Positions 10,742 to 24,466 of a stretch of DNA of 64,000 nt are shown here, one piece after another; position 1 is the first letter of the stretch; each line of letters opens with the position of its first letter. The notes below the pieces were generated by a model. It saw nothing but the letters and a program-made list of their open reading frames with translations, was not told where the DNA came from and ran no database searches. Position numbers and translations under genes: made by a program. Location of the stretch: assembly GCF_009914755.1 (NCBI RefSeq), contig NC_060926.1; one strand, given 5' to 3'. This DNA is from the human T2T-CHM13v2.0 reference genome, Homo sapiens.

Positions 10742-12011
10742 CCAGGGCCCAACAAAAAATAGGGCCTAAGGAAAAGAGCCCTGGGCTGGGGCTCCACAGA
10801 GTTGCGTTTGGAGGCCTGGGGAGGAGGGACTTGAATTTGGGCCTGGAATGTGGGATCATGAGCAACAATGGAGGAAGGCGCAGAGGCCCCCAAGACCTGT
10901 GGGCATGAGCACCATGAGCCGCTCGCCCGGGGAAGGACAAGAATGAAGGCCCTGGTCAGCTGAAACAGCCCACGACTGCCTCCTGAAACACTGTGACGAG
11001 AGAAAACCCGACCTTCATCCGGGCTTGAAATCATCCCTTCCTTTCCCACTTCCAAACTCCCCCCAGCCTCAGTTTCTCCCCACAGCCCCTATGTGAGGAA
11101 ACCACAGTGGGAAACACAGGGCTGAAGCGTTCCTAGTGGACAAGACCAGGTCCTTCCACAGCCTCCTTAACCTTCTGTGGGTCTGATATACCGCAGAGAA
11201 TACTGGGAATTGCCAAGGCCGTCTCTGGGAAGTCTGCAGATGCCCGTGTGCCCACAACAGGTCCGCCTCTGAGGCCCATGTGGGAGTCCAGCCCCCTTTC
11301 TCCTCCCCTTCTCATTCCTGTGTTCCCCACAGGCCCAGGGGAGGGACCCAGCTGGAAGCACTTGGGGCCCTGGATAGGCCACTGAGGAAGGGGGGTGTGG
11401 TGGCAGGGTCACATACGCCCCACATCTGTATGAGGGGTGTCCACCCAGGTGCTAGCTGCAGTGGGAGGTTCGCAAGGCCCGAACAGCCGGTGGGTCCAGC
11501 AGAGCAGGGCAGTTGTCCCAGGCCCGCGGTGTCACGGCTGGTGAACTCCGAGGACAGCGCATCTGAGTGTGGGATGTCAGCGAGTGTGCCAAGCAGGGGC
11601 GAGCAGCTCTTGGGGGTGCTGCTGTGATGAGTGGGTTCCTCTGCTCCTGACTCCTCCGGCCAGGCCGTCAGGAAGACCAGCCCATCACGGCAGTGCAGTC
11701 ACCAAGTTTCCAAGCTGCTGTGTAAGCCGTGGGCATAGAACCGCCAGCGGGATCTCAGCATCCACGGTGCTCACTCTAGGAAGAAGGCAACAGGCTTTGG
11801 GACCTGGCTTTACCACTCCCTAGCCTGTGACTTGGGCCAGTCTTTTAGCTTTTCTGGGTCTCACCATTATCATCTGTAGAGTGAGATAATTACACTTTTC
11901 TCCCAAGGTCACTATGAGGACTCAAAATGCTCAATGCGTCCCTGCTTGCGGAGGCGAGGCTTGCTCAGAGTCAGGAGGGCAGGACTGTCTCAGGCAGTGA
12001 AAGGAGGATGG

Positions 12012-12387
<376 letters not shown>

Positions 12388-13599
12388 CTAGGGTGCAGTG
12401 TGGGTGGGGCGGGGGCAGCTAGGGAGTCCTCCGGGCTCTGCCGAGCCCCTTCCCCAGTGTGAAGTCCAGCCTGTTCTGAAGTCGCACAGGGCCAGACACC
12501 TGGGCTGCCACCTCCCCTCTGGAAACAGTCCTCCTTGCCTCGGTGGGTCGACAGCTCCAGGCTATTTTCTTCCCCTGAGGATCTGAAAGTTGGAGGTAAT
12601 TGGTTGGCTCAAAAAAAAAAAAAAAAAAAAAGGAAAAGGGCATGCAAGCACAATTGTGCAGGCTGCAAAGGAGGGAGGCATCCTAGGGCTTCGTCTCCAT
12701 GGGAACTACTGGCACAGGCTGGCTCCTCTGGGCTCCAAAAAGGGAAACTTGGCAAAGGTTTCAGGCACCTGGCTCCTGAGTGGTTTGCTTGGGGGCCAAG
12801 CAAATGCCCAGGAGCTGCCCGCCCAAGGGACAGGACACAGCCCCCTCTCTCAGGGATGCCTGGGAGCCCTCGGCCCCATCCTTCACCCTCACACCCCAGG
12901 AGATCCCGTCAGGTCCTCAGCCACCCTGGATGCATCCTGACTTGGGAGCTGGGAGGGGACCCAGCACAGCTGGAGAGCATGAGCAGGTCATGCTTTGGGG
13001 AGACACCCGTGCTTCGAGGCCCTCGGATGGGTGAATGGGAGGTAGTTAATAAGGGACAGATGAAAGAGGTGGAAGGACCCTGAGTGTCACCCTGCTGATG
13101 TAGCCCTGGTGGCTGTTGCTGTTTCTAGGATGTGAGCCCCAGACCAGCACCTTGCAGACCAGCACCTCAGGCCAGGACCCTGAGAGAGGACGCTTCAGAT
13201 GCTGGGTGCAGTGGCTCCCTGCTGTCCTGGGGGCCCCTTGGGCTGAGATCATCATAAGGGTGGCACTGTCCTGTGTCTGTGAAGAGTGGCAGGCGGGACT
13301 GGGGCAGTGGGGGTGTCCTGGCTTGTTCTGGAAAATACCTCCAGGAATGATCCCTTCCTTTTCCACTTCCACAGTCCCTCCTGGGCACTCTGGGTTCAAC
13401 TGCTGCTCCTCCCCACTTCTTGGGGCAGAAACTCCTGCCCTGAACTCCCCTCTCCCCAGCCCCAGCTCCCTGCACCCTCTACCCCCATTCCTCCTTGGTG
13501 ACCAAAAAGGGCAAGGAGCAGAGAAAGAGGCAGCGGGCAGGGGAGGCACAGAGAGCCGCTGGTGACAGGGTAGGGGAGAGGCCAGGAGAGCCAGACAGA

Positions 13600-13915
13600 G
13601 GCTTGGACAGGCTCTGAGAGACCAGGATTAGGGGCCATGGAGAGAGAGAGAGAAAGAGGGGAGAGAGAGAGAGAGAAAGAGGGGAGAGAGAGAGAGAGAG
13701 AGAAAGAGAGAAAGGGAGGGAGCGAGGAGGCAGAGGGGTGGAGCGATAGAAGCCGGCAGGGAGGAAGGGGTGGGCAGGGGGAGGGCGAGAAGCCGCCGTT
13801 GACAATTACGTCTGGGTCCAAGCAAACATGAGGCAGCTGCCAGCCGGCCTGGGCAGTCTTGTCTGCCTCGGCTGTGAAGTGGGGAGGCTGGCAACAGTTT
13901 TCTTCAGCGCCCAGG
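13600..13915 (+). promoter_or_regulatory. KCNIP3: KCNIP3 exon-1a promoter and 5'UTR with (GA)n polypurine tract
   Basis: Directly upstream of the MQPAK start; GA repeats 13640-13730; modest CpG content; exact TSS not determinable. Confidence 0.65.
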
Positions 13916-13930
13916 ATGCAGCCGGCTAAG
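13916..13930 (+). CDS. KCNIP3: Calsenilin/DREAM/KChIP3 exon 1a coding part: MQPAK
   Basis: ATG CAG CCG GCT AAG|gtaggt; joins in frame to EVTKASDGSLLGD of exon 2, giving the known KCNIP3 N-terminus. Confidence 0.95.
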
Positions 13931-14070
13931 GTAGGTGCTGGGGGAATGGGGTCTTGCTCTGGAGGGGGGTCGGGGGGAGGAATGGAGGCTTCTGGGGGTT
14001 GCTCTGGACCAGGAAGCCTTTTTCTTTGACCCTTGTCCCCTCTTGTTCCACTTTCCTTTGGGGAAAGTGA

Positions 14071-14170
14071 GCGTTGGGGCGTCCTGGCTGGCGCTGGGGT
14101 GTCCTGGCTGGTGTTGGAGTGTCCTGGCTGGCGTTGGGGTGTCCTGGCTGGTGTTGGGGTGTCCTGGCTG
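14071..14170. repeat. 20-bp minisatellite x5 (gygttggggtgtcctggctg) at the start of KCNIP3 intron 1
   Basis: Five aligned copies with a few substitutions. Confidence 0.92.
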
Positions 14171-14689
14171 GGAGGCTGAACTCCTAGGGCTCCCTTTGGA
14201 TGGGAGAGGTTTATAAGTGTTTGCGGAAGAAAAGCTGGACAGAGGAGGAGCTTGGGGTCAGCCCACGACTCATCCTGCTCAGTTAGGTCCCTGGGTCAGG
14301 TGCCAGCGTGGCTGACACTGAGCCCGGGCCCCACAGCCTTCAGGTTTGGGGGAGGGGTGAGCCTGGGAGGGAGTCACTTGTGCTTGGAGGTTGGTCAATG
14401 AACGCATCTTCTAATCAAGCAATCAAGTAACGAATGAGTGCCCACTTCCTCTGAAAGGGCTAGGAGCCCCTAACAAGAGCACTTCCCACACATTCCCTTT
14501 CAGTAGGGCTGTGGGGAGGTCAGAGAGAGAATGCAAGGAAAACGCCTGGCACAGAGTTTGAGAAACAGTGGTGGGGAACAGGGAAGGGTGAAGAATTAAA
14601 GGAGGAATGAGGGAAGGAGAAATAAGCTGGCCCTCCAGCCTCTAGCTGACTCTCAAAAGGTCTGGCCTGATGCCCTGTGAGCTGCTCAC

Positions 14690-15130
14690 ACATTCAGGAT
14701 AGTTCAGGTCTGGCTGCTCATAACAGAACGCCCCAAATAACAGTGGATGGAACAAGGTTAGCGGGGTTTCTCTCTCATGCAGAAGTCCAGAGGGGCAGTG
14801 GAGGGCTGGCTTGGAGGCCGCCTGATCAGCAGCATTTCAGGCCTGCCCTGTATCACCCCTGAGGTTACCTTAAGGTGCAACATAACTGCTGGAGCTCCAG
14901 CCAGCACACATGGGCTCATACTGACATATGAGCAGGAAGGAGAAAGAAAGAAGGGCAAAAGGACCCAGAGACAATCAGGGTCTTGAATGTAGGAAAGAAG
15001 GGATATGGGGTTGGCACCTCAGCGTCTCTGCCCTGAACAGATGGCTTCCTGCCTCTTTCATCTGTGAGGACAAGCATCCAAGCATGGGCGGGTGGCTGGC
15101 TTGGACCACACTGCCCCCAAACCCCAGGCC
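14690..15130 (-). mobile_element. MLT1-type MaLR LTR fragment
   Basis: gctgctcataacagaacgccccaaataacagtgg...gaagtccagagg signature. Confidence 0.55.
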
Positions 15131-18100
15131 TCCCTTGTGCTATCTGCTCCATCTTCCAGGGTGCCAAGAGGATCAGCTGAGGTGATGGCATGAAGCCCTT
15201 TGAGCATGGCAACACTACACATGGAAAATGTGCCTTCTCTCCTGTCACCTCAAGTCTCCCCAGCAACCACCATGCAGGCAGGGCAGAGTGGAGAAACGTA
15301 GCGCCTTGCCCCAGGCTCACACACTACGGCGTCAGGGTGCACAGTGCAACCGTGCCCATAGGCAGAGACACATTGAGCGACCCTGCATGACTACAGAGAT
15401 GGGAATTTCCAGAGTCAGGCTGCACACAGATGTGCACACAGCCAGCTCTGACCTCCAGCAGAAGACAGTCCTCCCCTCCTTTGCCTTTCCTCTGCGGGCC
15501 TTAACTGCCAAAGGTCACTCTGGGAGCTTGGCCACTCCTGCCCCTGCCAGACTGGCAGAGTGGGTGGCCTGAGTCCTGCACTTACATCTGGTTCTTCCCT
15601 TGGCCATTGTGACCCCACACTGCGCTCTACCCTCCCACAACCAGCTCCTGGGCCCCAGTGGGTCTCACTGTCCTTATGTCTGCTGGTGGCCTTCCTGTGG
15701 CTGGCCTGGCCAGGGAGGGGAGTGGGACCCACACCTCCTGGTGCTGGGCCCAGCAGAGACAGTGGTCCTAGGAGAAGCCACCATTAGGTTTCTCATCAAG
15801 ATCAATGGGAGATTGTGAAAAATAACCTTCCTCTCTTGTGGCAGCAGGGACTGTAGTCAGAGCTCAGGTTGGGAGGTGTTCTGACTCCTCAGGGTCACGG
15901 TCAGTGGCTGTCCCCCAGTAACGCCCCATGACTGCCCGGCTCCCTAGCCTACTCCCCAGCCATTCATGAATTCTCACCTCACTCCTATGGGGAGGCGGGG
16001 AGGCACTGCCATTCCTATTCTAGACACTGAGGCTCAGAAAACTGGAACAGCTCCAGGACTCCATGAGCTTGATCCCATGAGCTCTTAGGAGAAAGGAGCG
16101 AAAGACCCGCAGTTTCTGCGACAGGCGCTGCTGTCGCGGTGTTGAGGCTGTGGTGTCTTCACAGCTCAGCCCGTGCACTGGGAACCCCTTTTGCCTGGCT
16201 TCCAGCCTTGTTGCAGGGCACTGTGCGAGATGGGCCCTAATTTGCTCCCACATTTCAAAAGACCCCAGGCTGCACTGGGAAGAAAGGGGCTCTGCCTCAG
16301 CCCTCCAGGTAGAGCCCAGGAGAAGGGCAGAGCTGAGAGCCAGAAGCCTGAGGGTACCAACGCCCATCTAGGACATTGTCTCCCGCATTATCTCCCTGGA
16401 CCCTCACGCAGCCCACAAGGCAGCTGTTGGTATCATCCCCACTTCACAGATGGGGAAACAGAGGCCTGCCCCAGACTGCAGGCTACAAGAGTTGTGGCTG
16501 AGATTTGAACCCTGCTCTGTCTTACTCCAGAGCGCAGCAAGTCCCTAGGGCTTGGGGGTTGCGGAAGAAGACGCAGGAGGAGAAGGGCATGCCTTTAACC
16601 AGATGGCAGAGGAGGGGCCCATCCCAGCCGTGCGGCCGGTGGTCTGTTGTGCCCTCTGAGCCCTCCAGTGAGTGCACACAAGCCAGACTCCACCTGGCCG
16701 CATCCCCTGCGTTAGCCACGTGACCTGGAGCTAGCTGCCTCCCATTTTTGGACTGTGGATCCAGAGCTAGGAAGTAAAGGACCCCAACATTTTAAATTCA
16801 GGCTGCCTTGTCTTATCAAGACCTTCTGTGTGAGGCAGGGAACTGCTTTACTGACTTAGCAGAGGGGCCTTAGAGCCCCCCTGCCCTCCCCAGCCCACCC
16901 CTGGGCATCCCAGTGACTTCCAGGAGCAGCCAATGTGGCTTCTGCACGGAAGAAAGCACTCTCAGTTTCCAAGGTGAAGCAGAAGAGGGGAGAGAAGTTA
17001 GCACGTCTTTCTGGCCTAGTGCCCAGACCTGGGGCAGGCAGGAGCCTGAGAGTCGGGGGAGGGCACAGCATGGGGCGAGTCCCGTGCTGCTTCCTGCCCA
17101 GGGCTCCCGGCCTCAGCTGACTGATGTTGCCTTTGAGCAGGTGCGTCTGTCATCTGAGATCAGCCCATGCCTTAGAAGGCCAAAGAGCAGCCCTGTGGCA
17201 GGGAAAGAAGCAAGGGGACCTGCAGAGTTGGAGAGGGAGCAGCTGAGCTGAGACGGGAGGGCAGCGTGGGGGTGGCGTGTCCCACACTAGAGTCGGCCCA
17301 GCCTCCCCCTCTGACCTGCCACCTCAGCTCTCTGCCCAGCATGCCCTCTCCATCAGCCTGGCCATGCCTGGGCCAGGCTCAGCCAGGAAAAGCAGCTGCT
17401 GGTCTTTTCTGGCCTCACCTCCCAGCCTGCCCAACGCCCCCAGCCTTCCCCAGCCTTTATCACATGGACAGTAGGCAGATGCCAGGGTAGGCAAGGGACA
17501 AGTCCCCTGCATCCCAGTCCTCTGCTGCTGGTGCCACATGCCCCTGTGCCCAGCTCTGTCGTGGGATCCTCTCTCAAGATGGGCACTCTGGACAGTGCTC
17601 CAGAGAACCAAACTGTAGCCCCACCTCTGCCCCACTGACTCAGGGCCTCAGTCTTCCCATCTGGGTCTGAGAGATGCTCACAGCATCTGCCAGGCCTTGT
17701 GATGAGCAGTGCAGGGCTGGGAGGCACGGGCCTGGCTGACTCAAGTCAGGGCCACTGCCAGCAGTGCCCCACATGTGCACACAAATGTCCATGGGTCTTG
17801 CGCAGAGCCCTGATCCTCACTGTGCGGGACTAAAGGACCCCGGGCAGGAGACAGGCATGGCCAAGAGGCATCATGGCTGTGCCTTGTTGGCTGTGAGCCC
17901 TGACTGCACCAGCAGACCTGGGCTCAGTCCAGGCCCTGTCACACACTGGCTGTGTGTCCTCTGACAGGTTACTTAGCTCATCTGTGCCACTGTGTCCTCA
18001 TTTTCCTGGGGGAAGTATGAATATCACAGAACCCCCAGATAAATGTGATCCTATACCAACCAGCTTGGCCTGGCCCCTGGCACAGAGTGAGGCCTCCACA

Positions 18101-20285
18101 CATGAAGGGAATACCTATGCCATCCCTTCTGACTGTTGAGGAGAGCCTGGGAAGGCCACCAAGAGGCAATTTGGCCATGGGCAACTCAAGTTCACCCCTG
18201 GGTTAACGTGACACCCTCACTGCCAGGCAGCATGGGGAGCTTGTCCTTGTCAAGGTGGCAGCCATCAGAGCAGGGGTGGACAGCCCAGCTCTCCTGCTCC
18301 AGTGCTGCCAGAGGGCTGGGGCCCAGGGCTGTGTGTGTGTGTGTGTGTGTGTGCGCGCTCATAGGTGTGTTTGCAGGCATGTGTACGTGTGTGTGTATGT
18401 GCATATGTGCACACATGCATCTTCAGGGACTCATGACAACCTCGGCTCCCCCGACAAGGCGAGCTGCCTTGCCTATGTCTGTCTGTGCCCAGGGGTGGGT
18501 GGAGAATCCAGGCTCCCCAAAGCTTCCCCATTCCATACCCTGGGGCCTGCACGACACAACGCCCACCACTGCTTCCTGCCATCTGTCCCGAGTGATGGAA
18601 ATAGAGCCAGTGACAGCAAGCAGTGCTGGGTGGGCCAGTCTGCACCGCAGCAGCCGTGGACAGGGTGGGGGGTGGGGAGCCCCACATCTGAGTAGCCTGG
18701 ATGTCTCATGCTGGCCCTGGCCTCGGTGAAGCCCTTCCGGAAAGGAAGGGGGTGAGAATCGGGGGACCCCCTTTGCCTTTCAGGCAAGGCCAAGAATTTT
18801 CTATCTGGAGGGACAGACACTCTAAACAAATTCCCCAAGCTGCATTTTCAGATCTATTGAGGAGCTTTATAAGAACAGAGTAGCCCAGCCCTCTCTGCAT
18901 CAAACAATCCAGCTCCTGGGCAGGCAGATGGTGAGAGCCTCCCCACGTGATTCTGGCATGTGGCAGCTGAGAGCGGCACATTGGGCCTCCCTGCCAGGCA
19001 TGCTAGGCTGTGGGTTTGGACAGCCAGACCCTCCCTGGGATCAGAAGGGCGAGGAACACTGACTCTCCCCCACTGGGGGCTTTGTCACCTTGCCTTCCCC
19101 TTAACCCTGTGAGGGCACATTGTCACCCCCATTTTGCAGATGAGTAAACTGAGGCTCGGAGCTGTCAGGTTCTCTGTCAGGGTCACCGAGCTGGGAAGCG
19201 AGGGTGCGGGATTCATGTAACTGGTTGGCCACAGACCCCTCCCACTGTCCTCGGCTGCTGGAAATCACATCCACCTGCCTTCGATCTCCTGCCCTGCCCC
19301 CAACTAGCCGTGCCCTCTGAGCCCACACCCAGGGGCCCTGGTGGCACATACGAAGCCACTCACTTCTGTTTTGCATCCGTTAAGTCTGTAGACATCTGGG
19401 AGGAGTCAGCGATGCATCTTGCCCATGCATGTACTCCTAGAACGCCACCCGGGAGCCTGGATACTTTAACGCAGGTTTTCCAGGACCCCCACTTCTCACA
19501 GGCTGTCATGTGCCCCCCAGTCACCTCTGCCACATCTGCTCTGGAAGGCTTTCTGGGAGTTTCTCTGGAGCACAGTTGATGAGAACCATGGAGACTGAAC
19601 TAGCGGCTCGAGGGTTTCACCTTGGCACACTCCTGACAGTCTGACTCCATCTTCTCAGCCAGATGGGCCTCCTCAAGACGAAGCTGTGCCATGCTGGGCA
19701 TGGGGCAAGGAGTGGGACGCTGCTCCGTGGGCCACCTGGCCTCTCAGGGGACCTAGAGTGTAGGGAGCCACGAGGCAAAATGTCCGGTCCAGGTCCTGGA
19801 GGTTTGTTCCAAGTGCTCAGCCTCTGTCTGTGGTGTGGAAACTCTCGGGATGATGGTGTGGTGTTTGCGGCAGAGACTGGACTGTGTTCAGGGGGAGAGG
19901 AAGGCATGGGGGACAGCCCTGCCTCCTACATTCCCGCAGTGACAGTTTTCTCAGGCACTGGGAAGTCGCCGCCCCTCCCTCACTGGCCACATCTAGAGTA
20001 GGTCCTGAGTACCTGTCTCCATAATATCCCCAGCACCCAGCCATGACCTCCGCCTGGCTCAGCCTTCCCCCGCTCTCCTGGGCCTGGGCATCCCTCGCCT
20101 CCCCCAGATGGCCGCCTGCCTCATCGAACCCCCAATCTGATCTGCACATTCCACCAGGCCACCCTTCTGAGGCAGCTGCGAGTCCAGCTGGACTTGAGTG
20201 GCAGAGAGCAGCTGGGGCGGCTGTGCCCTGCCAGGAGGATGCTGCCCCAAGCCTGCCGGCTGGCAGGTCTGAGAACCATCCGGAT

Positions 20286-20555
20286 CAGTCCTGTCCAATA
20301 GAGACATGATGCAAGCCACAGATGTCACTTAAAATGTGCCAGTAGGCACAGTAAAGAAAGAAAAAAAGGTTAAATTATTTTAACCATATGTTTTATTAAA
20401 CCCAGTGTAAATGATTATCATTTCAACCTGCAATTGATATAAAGCATTTTTAATGAACTATTTGATAGTCTAGTAAGTAAATGTTTGGAACCCAGTGTGT
20501 GTTTACACGAGGGCACGTCTCAGTGTGGACCAGCCACATGTCAGTCTCAGCAGCC
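20286..20555 (+). mobile_element. MER33-like hAT-Charlie DNA transposon
   Basis: ctgtccaataga...gcaagccaca...attatcatttcaac...ggaccagccacatgtc. Confidence 0.75.
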
Positions 20556-21789
20556 TGGCGAGAGGCCGCCGTCACTCAGACTTGAGGGGTCGCCTGGCTG
20601 AGTCGAGCAAGCCCCCAGCCTCAGCCACAGAGAGAAACATACACTTCCTGCCTTTACCGTTTTGCTGTATCTGTTGTGACCTGTGCTATTGTTTCTTATT
20701 ATTTTTCTTTAAATTAACTCATGCATTGAATTTTAGTGAATTCATTTAAAAGGGAATCTTTAAATCAGTACTGTAAGTGGGAAGCCGGGAGCAGAAGTGG
20801 AAGGTAACCACCACATTGCCATGAAATAAGGCAGCAGCGATAAACTCCCACCCATGGTCTGTGGCCTGTTGAGGCTCTGAGCTGAGGCCGTGCCCTCCCT
20901 TTGTAAAGAGAATGGCAGTGGGGAGCTGGAGAGTGTGCTGGCCCCGAGTCTAAGTCATCTCCTGCACCTCGTAGGTGCAGCTCCCCACTGCCAGAGACCT
21001 CAGGCCAAAGCCCCCAGGACGCAGCTGACTCAGAACAGGCTGGGTTTACCCCTGTTGAATAACAGGAGAACGCATACCCCAGGGACCCTGGCAAGCTGCA
21101 TGAGAACGGGTGAGCTAGAATCCATTACCGGATTTGGGGCTCAGTTGGGTGCTTTGGGTAATTTTGAGGTTCTAAGGAACCTCAAAAAGTTGGTGTGACC
21201 ATTAAATATGATAACCCCTCCAAACAACTAACTCAGCACCAGCACACAGCAGGGGCATCACCCACGCCATCTTTTTCCATCCCTCCCTGGCTCCCCACAG
21301 GCCAGGAGGACTTAGAAGGAAGTTGAGGCCTGGTCCTGGCCTGCCTGGCTGGGCAGGAGCTACAGATCTCGGCCACCAGGTGACTGGCAGAGAATGGCCT
21401 GCCTGGCTCACCAGCAGCCTCTATCCTTCAGGGAAACTTGTGACCTTTGAGAAGGCTGCAGGTCCCCAGGGCCAGCCTAGGGCCGTTTCTGGGACACAGC
21501 CCTAAATGCCCACACTGCCAAGTATGCCACCAGGGACTCTGCCTGAACCCAGGGCCCAGATCTTCTGGCTTCACTCGTCTCTGCCACTCAACCCTGGCCA
21601 TCCTCTAAAGCTGGTAGACAATGACAGTTCTGTCACCCATTAAAATGAGGCCGGCATCGAGCAGGAGTGGGAGGAGAGAGCCCCAGGTGAATTGTGAAGA
21701 GCACAGGGGACTTTTGATCATTCGTGAATATTTATTCAGAGCCTTGTGCATGCTTGCGTTTTTAACACCTTCTTTTTGGGTGCATGAGA

Positions 21790-22845
21790 GTATTTTTTGA
21801 TGGAAATCTTTATTGAGCTCGTTGTAGATTCACATGCAGTTGCAGGAGCTCACAAAGAGGGCCCATGTACACTTAACCTGGTTTCCCCAATGACAGCATA
21901 TTTCAAAACTACAACACAATAGCACAACTGGAGTGTCTGCAATGATGCAACCCACCAGTCCTAGTCCGATTTCCCAGTTCACACGCACTCATTTCCGTGT
22001 GCATTTTTTGCTACAATTTTTATCACGTGTAGGTTCAGGCACTCAACAGCACCATCAAGATGCAAAACAGCTCTGTCCCCTCAAGGCCCCTCCTGCCGCC
22101 CTGTGAGAGCCACACCCCTCTCCCTCCTGCCTGCCTCCCCCCATCCTTAACCCCTGGCCCTCTAATCTGTTCTCCATTTCTAAAACTTTGTCATTTTACA
22201 ATGTTATATAAATAGAATCACACAGAATGTGACCTTTTGGGTTGGCTTTTTCATTCAGCGTAATTCTCTGGAGGTTCACGCAGGTGTGGTGTGCGCCAAC
22301 AGTTTGTTTGTTTTACTTGTCCAGAATTCCGTGGTATGGATGCACTGGAGTTTGTTTAATCATTCACCCATTGAAGGGCATTGGGTTGCTTCCAGTATGG
22401 GGCCGTTCCAAGTAAAGCTGCCATGAACATTTGTGTACATGTTTTCACTTGAACATAACTTTTCGTTTCTTCAGGATAAACGGCCAAAAATACCGTGGTC
22501 GGGCTCTGTGGTAGCGCATGCCTAGTTTTTATAGGAAGCTGCCAGACTGTTCTCCAGAGTGGCTAAGGCGTTTTCCCTTTCCACCGACAATGGAGGGGTG
22601 ATTCCGTTTCTCCACATCCTCACCAGCTTTCAGTTGTCATTATCTTTGGTTCTAGCTGTTCGGACAGGCACATGGTGGTGTCTCACAGCGGTCCTCCTCT
22701 GCGTTGCCAGAATGGCTAATGACGGCGAACATCTCTTCCCGCCGCCTTTGCCATCCACGTGTCCTCTCTGGTGAAATGTCTGTGCATGTCTTTCACATTT
22801 TCTAACCTGATGGTTTGCTCTTTTACTGTTGAGTTTTGGGAGTGA
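21790..22845 (-). mobile_element. Old L1 (L1MC-like) 3' fragment
   Basis: gtagattcacatgcagttg, tgttatataaatagaatcacacag, cattcacccattgaagggcattgg. Confidence 0.75.
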
Positions 22846-24466
22846 GGATCTCTTGGGTGCCAGGCTGTGTCACGAGGAAAAGCAGGTCACATGAGGATCA
22901 GGTTCCACTCTCGCAGAGCTGATGCGCTAAAGGGGAGAGACAGAAAACACAATAATAGGATCAGTTCACAAGGGCTGGGTGAAGAAGTGCTGAGATGGAG
23001 GTGCATGGGGGAGGGTGGCCTAGGTAGTCAGGCAGGGCTCTTCTAGGACCTGAGCCGTGAGTGAGGCCTTAAACGCCTGGGGCAGAAGTGTCCAGTGCCA
23101 GGAGCAGCAGGTGCCAAGGCGGTGGTGTGGGAGCAGACTTGGAGGGGCACGGTGGGGCTGTCAGGGCCTGGCAAGGAGGCACTGGGGCTCCCGGCAGGGT
23201 TGGGGCATCTAATTCATGTTCCATCTCATCACTGCCCCAGCTTCTCTCCCAGCACCAAGGCACTGTGGGGTGAGGGGCCAGGGGGCCGCCTCTTAGGACG
23301 CCCTCCCTTCCATGCTGTGAGCCTCCCAAGCCAGCAGGAGGGTGCCTGGGCTGCTATTTAACATTCCCTGACAGCTCAGTCAGACCCTCTTCCAGACAGA
23401 CAAGTGTCAGATATTCATGAGGATGACCTCCTCCCGCCTCCCCAGCAGCCTGAGGGCCCAGGCCGCAGCCTGATGAGTCCCAGCTTCCCAGGCTCGGCTG
23501 CTGGGGTCTCCCTGCCCTCCTGTCCCTGGCCCTCCCCTCCCTTCTCTTCTCAGAACCCACCCCCTGCCTCACAAAGAGGGGTGCCCATCATGGGCCTGCC
23601 TTGTGGGGCTCACAGGTGGGATTCTGGCCCCTCAGCCAGATGGAGGAGCCTGGCCCGGAACCCCCACCACCACTCCACCCAGACTCTCTCCACAGGGAGA
23701 AAAGACACACTGGGGCCCCCTAGCCCAGGAGGGCATCACAGCACTCCTCAACGGATATTTTTGGAAGGCTGCTGATGTGCCTGAGGGGCTTCGGAACACA
23801 CCCAGCTCCAGAGACCGCCCCAGGGACCCAGGCCGAGAAACAGCCTCAGCAGCAAAGCCTGTGGTCAAGCCCATGTGAACTTTGGAATCAGAAGACTATA
23901 TGTGTAGTGTGGCCCTGGCATGTCCCAAAACTTCTCAGGGAATTAGTTTCCTCATCTGTGAAATGGGGATCGTCTTACCGATTGCAGGGGGTTGTCGTGA
24001 CGAGATTACTTTCAGCTCAACATAGACATCCACTTGGGAGGTGCTCAGCCTGCCCTTTGGGCTCACCCAGCCTTCCCGGGAGGACTGAGCCCTGTGAGCT
24101 AGAACCCAGGACACCCATGGGATCTCCCGCACGACCTGGGCCTGGGGCTTCAAGACAGAATCCCTGTGACTAACCCTGGGCCCCGAGAAGCAGCCTTGCC
24201 AGCCAAGCCAGTGCTGTTCTGAGATGGGCTGCAGACGGGGCTGGGGGTCCCAGTGAAGAGCTCCTGCCAGGGGCTCCGAGGCCGCCTCAGTTTCTTCTGA
24301 TGTCCTCTGCTCACCCCCCACGCAGAGCCTGCAGCAAAGAATTTGTGATGTAATGAAGCACCTGCTGCCCCTCTCTCCCCTACGACCCTCCTTAACCAAA
24401 ATAAAGACTCCTGAATAAGATCATGAATAATGGAGAAAGTGCGTTTCTGACCCAGCCTGACAGGAC

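Noticed and set aside
11540-11562. REST/RE1 half-site GGACAGCGC upstream of KCNIP3 (similar near 17590 and 63845)
   Set aside because: No matching TCAGCACC left half at canonical spacing
14071-14170. Regularly spaced repeats as a possible CRISPR-like array
   Set aside because: Head-to-tail tandem copies without unique spacers, in a mammalian intron
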